The notes under the pieces: model-generated
What the model saw: the letters and a program-made list of their open reading frames with translations, nothing else
Told to the model about the DNA's origin: nothing
The model's database searches: none
Made by a program: the position numbers and the translations under genes
Part shown: positions 57,202 to 64,000 of the stretch, piece after piece
How positions within the stretch are numbered: the first letter of the stretch is position 1
Layout: each line of letters starts with the position of its first letter
Assembly: GCA_963729825.1 (NCBI GenBank)
Contig: CAVSQR010000077.1
Location: 19,132 to 83,131 of the forward strand
Origin: an uncultured delta proteobacterium
Lineage (GTDB): Bacteria > Desulfobacterota > Desulfobulbia > Desulfobulbales > SURF-16
Length of the DNA stretch: 64,000 nucleotides
Direction of reading: 5' to 3'

Positions 57202-57936
57202 TTACACGTTATTCAAACATCCTGCGAGCACACCATCAACAGGAAGCATATATTCCAACAAAAGTGAAAAAACGGCCTGCCGATCCTGCATCAGGGCATC
57301 ACCCGGCAGGGCGTCCATTACGTTAAAAACACCGTTGCGCAATCTTCGCAGCTCGACGAGATGCGCGCCGCAGCCCAGGGCGGTGCCGATATCTGCCCCC
57401 AGGGTACGGATATACGTACCCTTGCCGCATACCACCCGGATACGCAGCAGATCATTCTGCCAGTCAAGCACTTCAATCTCTCTGACAAAAACCTGTCTCG
57501 GCTCTTTTTCGACCTTTATGCCCTTCCGTGCATAATAATACAACGGTTTTCCCTGATGTTTCAAGGCAGAAAACTGTGGCGGTTGCTGAATCTGTTCGCC
57601 GGCAAAGGCCGACACACAGTCATCAATCCTTGTCTTGCTCAGACCGCTGAGGTCATGCTGCCCGATTACCGTCCCGGTCAGATCCTGACTGTCAGTCTCC
57701 ACCCCGAGCTTCAAGGTGGCGGTGTACTCCTTTTCCCCATCCATGAGCTGAGGAATGATCCTGGTGGCCGGGCGGCCTGCACAGATGACAAGCAGCCCGG
57801 AAGCAAAAGGATCAAGGGTACCGGAGTGACCCACTTTCTTTACCTGCAACGCCCGTCTGACCAGCTGGACCATTCTAAAAGAGGTAGGGCCAACAGGTTT
57901 ATCAATCAGGAAAACTCCCGGGGCAACAGCTTGCAT
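57202..57936 (-). CDS. truB: tRNA pseudouridine(55) synthase TruB
   Basis: KP.G.TS, catalytic GHSGTLDP and QIQQPP.FSALK motifs. Confidence 0.9.
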   Translation of the reverse strand: MQAVAPGVFLIDKPVGPTSFRMVQLVRRALQVKKVGHSGTLDPFASGLLVICAGRPATRIIPQLMDGEKEYTATLKLGVETDSQDLTGTVIGQHDLSGLSKTRIDDCVSAFAGEQIQQPPQFSALKHQGKPLYYYARKGIKVEKEPRQVFVREIEVLDWQNDLLRIRVVCGKGTYIRTLGADIGTALGCGAHLVELRRLRNGVFNVMDALPGDALMQDRQAVFSLLLEYMLPVDGVLAGCLNNV

Positions 57937-58914
57937 CTACTTCTGTGGCGTCGCGAGCAGGATATGCAACTCTGCCAGAAGCTCGTTCTGCACTCCGGCA
58001 AGGTCTTTATCGCGCAACTTAAAGCCGGCGGCATTGCGGTGCCCCCCGCCGCCAAACATCCTGGCCACCTGCGACACATCATACAGACCTTTGGAACGCA
58101 GGCTCACGCCGATATATTCTTTCGCCTCTTTAATAAAGGCGGCAACTTTTACCCTTTCAAGAGAGCGGGGGTAATTGATGAATAACTCCGTATCCGCGGC
58201 TGTCGTGCCGGTTCTTTCATACATTTCGCGACTCACCGTAATAACAGCCAGCTGTTCATCCTCATAAAGGGCCAAGGTAGCCAGCACTTCCTGGAGAAGC
58301 TGTAAACGGTTGCGGGTAAAGTTATCAAAAATCTTTCCTGATATCTCGGCCGGCTTCACACCCTTTGCTATCAATTCTCCGGCAATGCGCAGGGTATCGG
58401 CGGTTGTTGACGCATACTTGAAGGAGCCGGTATCGGAGACAATGGCGGAATAAAGACAATAGGCGGTGTCATAATCGATATTGGTGCCCATGGCCTGGGC
58501 CAATTCATACACCATCTCGCCTGTTGATGATTTGCCGGGGTCAACCCAGCGGATATCACCGAAATTCTTATGGCCCGTATGATGATCAATCACCACAAAG
58601 GGATGGATATTGAGCAGATAATCCTTCACCTTGCCCAGCCTCATGTCATCGCCGCAATCCAAGGCCACGCCGCAGTCAAATTGATCCAGTTCCGGCATGC
58701 CGATGTTCAGTCTGCCGGAGCCGGGCAGGAACTCAAGTATATAATGCGCCGGTTCCTCGCTGTAGAGATACACGCCCTTGCCCATGGACCGCAAAATATT
58801 CCCTAAGGCCAGCTGAGCCCCCAAGGCGTCGGCGTCCGGGAAAACATGCGTGGCAATGAGAACGTTGCCGGCCTTACGGAGAACAGGAATGATTTCAGAC
58901 AGAGCCTGGTTCAT
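57937..58914 (-). CDS. nrnA: DHH-family bifunctional oligoribonuclease/pAp phosphatase NrnA
   Basis: H.FPDADALG, DHH (VIDHH) and C-terminal DHHA1 GGGH motifs. Confidence 0.8.
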   Translation of the reverse strand: MNQALSEIIPVLRKAGNVLIATHVFPDADALGAQLALGNILRSMGKGVYLYSEEPAHYILEFLPGSGRLNIGMPELDQFDCGVALDCGDDMRLGKVKDYLLNIHPFVVIDHHTGHKNFGDIRWVDPGKSSTGEMVYELAQAMGTNIDYDTAYCLYSAIVSDTGSFKYASTTADTLRIAGELIAKGVKPAEISGKIFDNFTRNRLQLLQEVLATLALYEDEQLAVITVSREMYERTGTTAADTELFINYPRSLERVKVAAFIKEAKEYIGVSLRSKGLYDVSQVARMFGGGGHRNAAGFKLRDKDLAGVQNELLAELHILLATPQK

Positions 58915-59305
58915 TTTCGCTGGCTATCTCCTGAAAGATTTTTTGCATCTTGTCATCATACTCTGTTGACGGGTCAGAAAAAAATACTAATTCCGGCGCA
59001 TAACGCATACGCAGTTCCTTGGCCAAATGGCTGCGCATAAAACCTTTTGCCCGCTGCAAACCCGAACTCACCTTGCCTTCCATTTCCGGAGCACAGGCAT
59101 AATAGATCTTGGCGCGGCTCAAATCATCGCTCATCTCCACATGCACAATAGTGACATTCCGCAGTGCCGGATCTTTCACCTTGAAGAGGAGCAGGGTGGC
59201 CAGCTCATTTCTGATCGCATCCGCCACCCGGACAGGCCGCCTCTTGGGCGTTGCAGCCAGCCCGTCAGGCAATTTGAAGCGTGATCTATCCTTTGCAGCG
59301 ACCAT
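58895..59305 (-). CDS. rbfA: ribosome-binding factor A
   Basis: RVADAIRNELATLL...V.V..DLS.AKIYY... pattern, in the canonical position after infB. Confidence 0.85.
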   Translation of the reverse strand: MVAAKDRSRFKLPDGLAATPKRRPVRVADAIRNELATLLLFKVKDPALRNVTIVHVEMSDDLSRAKIYYACAPEMEGKVSSGLQRAKGFMRSHLAKELRMRYAPELVFFSDPSTEYDDKMQKIFQEIASENEPGSV

Positions 59306-59328
59306 TACGTTCTCTTACAGAGGAAGCT

Positions 59329-62204
59329 TTACAGCTCCGCCTCTGTCTTCTCCATGATAAAACCCTCAAGCTGGTCACCCACCTTGATGTCATTGTAGTT
59401 TTCGATGCCCAAACCGCATTCATAACCTGACTGCACTTCTTTTGCATCATCTTTGAAGCGTTTGAGGGATGAAATCCTGCCGGTAAAGACCACCACACCA
59501 TCCCGCAGCAGGCGCACATGGGCATTGCGCTCAATCTTGCCATCCGTCACGTAGCAGCCGGCAATTGTCCCGATTTTGGGAACATGGAATGTTTCCCGAA
59601 CTTCAGCCTTGCCAATGACCTTTTCCTCAAAGGTCGGTTCGAGCAGGCCGACCATCGCCTTGCGGATATCATCCAGGGCATGATAAATAACATCATAGAA
59701 GCGCAGATCAACATTTTCGGATTTGGCCAGATCCGCCACCTTGCCGCTCGGCCGGACATTGAAGCCGATGATCAGGGCATCGGAAGCAGCCGCCAGCAGA
59801 ACGTCGGATTCGATGATTGTACCGGTGCCGGAATGCAGTATCTTCACCTTGATCGCATCCGTGCTCAGCTCCTGAATAGCCTTGCCAAAGGCCTCCAGGG
59901 TGCCCTGCACATCAGCGCGCAGCACTACCCGCAGCTCTTTCACTTCACCTTCCTGCAGCTTCGCAAAGAGATTTTCAAGGGAAATCTTCGTGCTGCTGGC
60001 AAGTTCCGTCTCACGGCTCTTCAACTGCCTGTCGCTGCTGACGCTTCTTGCCATTTTCTCATCCGGCACAACCACAAATTCGTCACCGGCCTTGGGCACA
60101 CCGCTCAAACCCTGTATTTCAACCGGCATAGACGGACCGGCCTCATCGATCTTGCGCCCTTTGTCATCCGTCAGCGACCGGACCTTGCCGTGATAAATTC
60201 CGGCGACAAAATGGTCACCGACCCGCAATGTCCCATGCTGGATCAGCACTGTCGCTACGGGACCGCGGCCTTTGTGCAGCTGGGCCTCAATAACCCAGCC
60301 CTTGGCTCGCCGCTTGGGATCTGCCTTCAGCTCCAGAATCTCGGTCTGCAGGATGATGTTTTCAACCAGCTCATCAATGCCGATACCCTGTTTGGCCGAT
60401 GTTTCACAATAGATTGTCTCACCGCCCCACTCTTCCGGCACCAGATTAAGTTCAGCCAGCTCACGCTTCACTCTGGCCGGGTCGGCATCAGGCTTATCTA
60501 TCTTATTGACGGCGACAAGGATCGGCACTCCCGCTGCCTTGGCATGATTGATTGCCTCCTTGGTCTGATCCATGACACCGTCATCTGCGGCAACCACCAG
60601 CACAACCACATCGGTGACCTGGGCGCCGCGGGAACGCATTTCGGTAAACGCCGCATGGCCCGGCGTATCAAGAAAGACCAGATCTCCCTTCAGGGAACGA
60701 ACATAATGGGCACCGATATGCTGGGTGATGCCGCCCGCCTCACCGGCTGCAACATCGGTATTGCGGATGGCGTCAAGAATGGATGTCTTTCCGTGATCAA
60801 CATGGCCCATAACCGTGACAACAGGAGGGCGGGGCATCTCCATGCCGCCGCTTTCAGATTCTTCAAGATTGACGATGGACTGCTCTTCTGTCATGCCCTG
60901 CTCCACCTCAAAACCGAAATCGCTGGCAACCAGCATGGCCGTATCGACATCAAGGGCCTGATTGACCGTGGCCATGATCCCGAGGCTGATGAGCTTTGCG
61001 ATAATCTCATTGGACTTTGACCCCCATTCTGTGGGCAAGGTCGCCGACGGAAATAGTTTCCAGCACCTTGATACGCTTCTTGATGGCTTTTGTTTCGCTG
61101 ACAAGCAGCTCGGCGTCTTCGCGTTTCTTCTTCTTGTAGCCGCCTCCCCTGTGCCCGCGCATAACGCGCACCCCAGAGGCGATACGGGCGCCAAGCTGAC
61201 CGATTTCTTCCACATCCACGTCAACCCCGTCTTTTCTCTTGACGCCTTTCTTGAAGCGGGCAACGCCCGGTTCAGTACTGAACTTCACAAAACGTTTGCC
61301 CTTCTTCGCTTTGCCTTTGCCTTTGCCGAGATCTTCTTCAGTGGTTTCAACGGTTTCAATTTCCGGACGCAACAACTACTTTCGGTTTTTTCGGCTTTTC
61401 AATCTTTTTGGCGCGAAGTTTGGTTTCGTCAACTGGTAGGGGTAGTTCTGTGCGCCCGATGATCTTGGCCAGGCCCTTTTTCCGTTTCGGCAGTGACGTA
61501 ATTTCTTCTGTTTTCAGTTCCGGCTCTCCCTGAGGAATCTGGTCAGGCGATTTTGCTATCTCAGCCTCTTTCAACATTGGTTCCAGTGGTTCATGCCCTG
61601 CGGTACTAACCTTTCCCGGCGCTGCAGGGGCGCCAGCGGATTCGGGTACAACATCTTCTTCCCTTTGCGGCATTCCCGCCTGATTTTCCGGAATCCGCTC
61701 ATCAGCTGCGACTGGCGGCTCTGCTTCAAGTGGTGGCTCAAGCTGTTTTCCTTCCTTGTCTTCAGCCCCAACAGTCGACTCGGCCAGCTCTTTTCCCTCA
61801 AAGGAATCAGCAGCCACTTCCGGAATTAGTTTTTCACCGATCAGCGGAGCAGCCTCTTGCTCTGTCGGTTCGCTCGACTGCTGTTTGAGTGCAACTTCCG
61901 GTTCAATCTGTGGTTCCTGAACCAAGCCCTCTGCCGCATCCTTTTCGGGGATTTCTTCTGCTAGGTCCGGAACTGCCTGGGTCCGCCTGCGAATAATCGT
62001 TGTACGGCCTTTGCTCTCAATTCTTTTTTCTTGGACATCGACCTTTTTAAAACCAAGTCTGGTGCGGATTTCCTCAGCCATATCATCTTCAAGAGTGGAG
62101 TTATAGGCTCGAACATTATAGCCTAATTCAATGAGTTGTGCGGTCAGAGTCTTACTTTCAACCCCTGCTTCTTTCGCCAACTCGTATACCCGGATTTTTC
62201 CCAT
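59329..62204 (-). pseudogene. infB: translation initiation factor IF-2, two frameshifts (about 61368 and 61015-61025)
   Basis: ORFs 61356..62204, 61007..61375 and 59329..61263 step through minus frames 2>1>0. N-terminus MGKIRVYELAKE. Junctions are ..KPKVVV|RPEIETVE.. and ..LAHRMG(VK)|[19 protein letters not shown].. GTPase motifs [14 protein letters not shown] and NKID are present. The second shift is at or next to a C5 run (61021-61025). Confidence 0.95.
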
Positions 62205-62232
62205 TATAAGCTCCTGAAACTTCCCTTCTGCT

Positions 62233-62526
62233 CTATTTTACAGCTAAACTTTTCATAAAGTTGTTCATCAAGGACGTTCTATCATCTTGCCACAGCAGGC
62301 TCTCACAATGCAGAGCTCTAGCCAGTTTTCTTTCTTTTTTCAAGAGATTGCGCAGACATTTTTCCTGCCTGCAGCAGTAAGCTCCCCGACCTGCAATCCT
62401 GAATTTACTATCAACAGCTATTTGCCCATTAAATACTGCAAATCGTACGAAACAATGTTTTTCTGCCTTTTTCCCGCACCCGAGACACGTCCTGATCGGG
62501 ACTCTTTTCTCTTTGTGCAGACTCAC
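62233..62526 (-). CDS. ylxR: YlxR/DUF448 family RNA-binding protein
   Basis: RTCLGCGKK...RGAY.C motif, between nusA and infB. Confidence 0.8.
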   Translation of the reverse strand: MSLHKEKRVPIRTCLGCGKKAEKHCFVRFAVFNGQIAVDSKFRIAGRGAYCCRQEKCLRNLLKKERKLARALHCESLLWQDDRTSLMNNFMKSLAVK

Positions 62527-62529
62527 CGG

Positions 62530-63828
62530 TTACAGTTTATCGCCCATCACCGGATCGAATGACCCTTCAGCCTCTGTTTCCCGAGGTTCCGGGGCACTTA
62601 GAAATCTGCCGGCCTCACCCTTGAGAATCTGCACTGCCTCTTCTCCAAGACCGGACAATTCGACCAACTCATCCACCTCAGCATTTACCAGTTCCTGCGC
62701 CGAGGTTATGCCGCCATCGTAAAGGTTCTCTACCAGCTTTTCATTCATGCCGCGAATACTCATCATGGACTGAAAACCGGCTTCCGTCATCTTGGCATAT
62801 TTCTGCTCGCTTTTCACATCAATTCGCCAGCCGAGCAATTGGGAGGCCAGCCGGACATTCTGCCCCTGCCTGCCGATAGCAAGCGAGAGTTGATCATCCG
62901 GCACGACAACAAGCAAGGTCTTTTTGTCCTCGTCAACCACCACCATGGAAACCTGGGCCGGGGCCAAGGCGTTTGATACATACTTGGCGGGATCAGGGCT
63001 CCAGGGAACGATATCTATCTTTTCGCCCTGCAGCTCCTGCACCACATTCTGCACCCTGGACCCCTTCATGCCCACACAGGCTCCCACCGGATCGACATCA
63101 GGCTCTGCCGAGGCAACGGCTATTTTTGCCCGAGATCCCGGTTCACGGCAGGCATTGATAATCTTGACAATGCCTTCGGCGATTTCCGGCACTTCCATCT
63201 CAAAGAGTTTTACCAGAAATTCATTGCAGGTGCGGCTTAAAATTAATTGATGGTCACGGACATCCTGACGAACCTCCATGAGATAAGCGCGTATGCGATC
63301 TCCCTGGCGATAGGAGCGTCTGGGCATCTGTTCTTTTTTGGGCAGCAAAGCATCGGTTCTGCCAAGATTAATGATCATGTTGCCGCGTTCGAAGCGCTGA
63401 ACAATACCGTTAACGATGTCACCCTTACGTTCACGGTACATATCAAAGATAACGTCACGCTCAGCATCCTTCATTTTCTGGATGATTACCTGCTTGGCGG
63501 ATTGGGCGGCGATACGGCCGAGATCAGAAACATTTTCCATCTTGGAGCCCAGCTCGTCGCCGAGTTCCACCTCTGGATCAAGCCGCATGGCCTCAAGGAT
63601 TGAGACCTCGGTCTGTTCATCCTCGACCCGCTCAACAACTTTGCGGAACTGGAAAAGTTCAACCTCACCAAATTCTTCATTAAATTTGACTTCTATCTCG
63701 CGCCGCAACCCATATCTTTTTTTAGCGGCAGAAAGCACAGCCTCTTCCAGCGCCTCAATGAGAAGCTGCCTGTCAATTCCCTTGTCACGGCTGATCTGGT
63801 CAATAATTCTTTTTAAATCTGATAACAT
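62530..63828 (-). CDS. nusA: transcription termination/antitermination factor NusA
   Basis: N-terminal domain, S1, two KH domains (..IGRQGQNVRLASQLLGW.IDV) and a C-terminal HhH-type repeat. The third ATG (63828) has the best GGAG spacing. Confidence 0.9.
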   Translation of the reverse strand: MLSDLKRIIDQISRDKGIDRQLLIEALEEAVLSAAKKRYGLRREIEVKFNEEFGEVELFQFRKVVERVEDEQTEVSILEAMRLDPEVELGDELGSKMENVSDLGRIAAQSAKQVIIQKMKDAERDVIFDMYRERKGDIVNGIVQRFERGNMIINLGRTDALLPKKEQMPRRSYRQGDRIRAYLMEVRQDVRDHQLILSRTCNEFLVKLFEMEVPEIAEGIVKIINACREPGSRAKIAVASAEPDVDPVGACVGMKGSRVQNVVQELQGEKIDIVPWSPDPAKYVSNALAPAQVSMVVVDEDKKTLLVVVPDDQLSLAIGRQGQNVRLASQLLGWRIDVKSEQKYAKMTEAGFQSMMSIRGMNEKLVENLYDGGITSAQELVNAEVDELVELSGLGEEAVQILKGEAGRFLSAPEPRETEAEGSFDPVMGDKL

Positions 63829-63915
63829 CATCATTCTCCACGATTTCAACCCATAGAGGCTTTTATAACACGGGGTGAAACCGGCAAAAATATATTAAAA
63901 ACTGCACAGGCTTGT

Positions 63916-64000
63916 TTAAAATTCAATTTCGAGCCTTGCTTTACTTATCCCGCTCAAAGGATACGACATGATACCGGCATCACTCTGCAAAAAAAGTATG
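63916..64000 (-). CDS. rimP: ribosome maturation factor RimP, C-terminal fragment (gene starts beyond the window end)
   Basis: Manual translation gives ..ILFLQSDAGIMSYPLSGISKARLEIEF*, ending at TAA 63918..63916. It occupies the canonical position upstream of nusA. Confidence 0.5.
   Translation of the reverse strand, partial: ILFLQSDAGIMSYPLSGISKARLEIEF

Noticed and set aside
59286-59543. 85-aa ORF in the slot where some genomes have a DUF503 gene between infB and rbfA
   Set aside because: It overlaps both the infB 3' end and the rbfA start in another frame, is Cys/Trp/Arg-rich, and is not credible as a gene.
59518-61020. 500-aa plus-strand ORF
   Set aside because: It is antisense to the strongly supported infB GTPase region, which makes it a shadow ORF of a high-GC gene.

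Overview
High-GC chromosomal window. Hand-counted 60-nt lines in core genes give about 65-67% GC. Gene content and order suggest a motile anaerobic Desulfobacterota (deltaproteobacterium-like) organism; that assignment is inference only. Left to right: hemY-like gene (partial), cobO, a coupled J-domain/M48-TPR protease pair, an orphan feoA, a PAS sigma-54 activator, purF, kdsD, an HdrC-like/MvhD/MetV redox module, a PilZ brake protein, maf, a FabL-type reductase, DUF3124 and htpX. Next comes a roughly 4.3-kb low-GC islet. It carries a translationally coupled AAA+ ATPase / S8 subtilase pair (IetAS-like candidate defence system), an orphan RHH antitoxin and a decayed toxin stub. After it: DUF362, aconitase, the flagellar cluster fliLMNOPQR-flhBAFG-fliA-cheY plus a FliL-like gene, and the nitrogen cluster amtB-glnB-glnD-glnN (type III GS) with sigma-54 promoter matches. 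Then small accessory genes (RNase H-like exonuclease, Smr, NifX-like, TPR), a PAS histidine kinase, cobS-cobT-cbiR-like, an MBL hydrolase, dut, an M16 peptidase, and the conserved block pnp-rpsO-truB-nrnA-rbfA-infB-ylxR-nusA-rimP. I saw no rRNA, tRNA, CRISPR array, integrase or transposase. About 25 single-base frameshifts interrupt otherwise well-conserved genes, including infB and purF. They are clustered and mostly behave as 1-nt insertions, so I favour consensus error over decay. The most interesting locus is the ATPase/protease islet at 17.0-20.4 kb. Secondary signals are a conserved palindromic core upstream of amtB and glnN, a 93-bp interspersed hairpin repeat (two copies), a MITE-like palindromic element and a 55-nt nested perfect hairpin.
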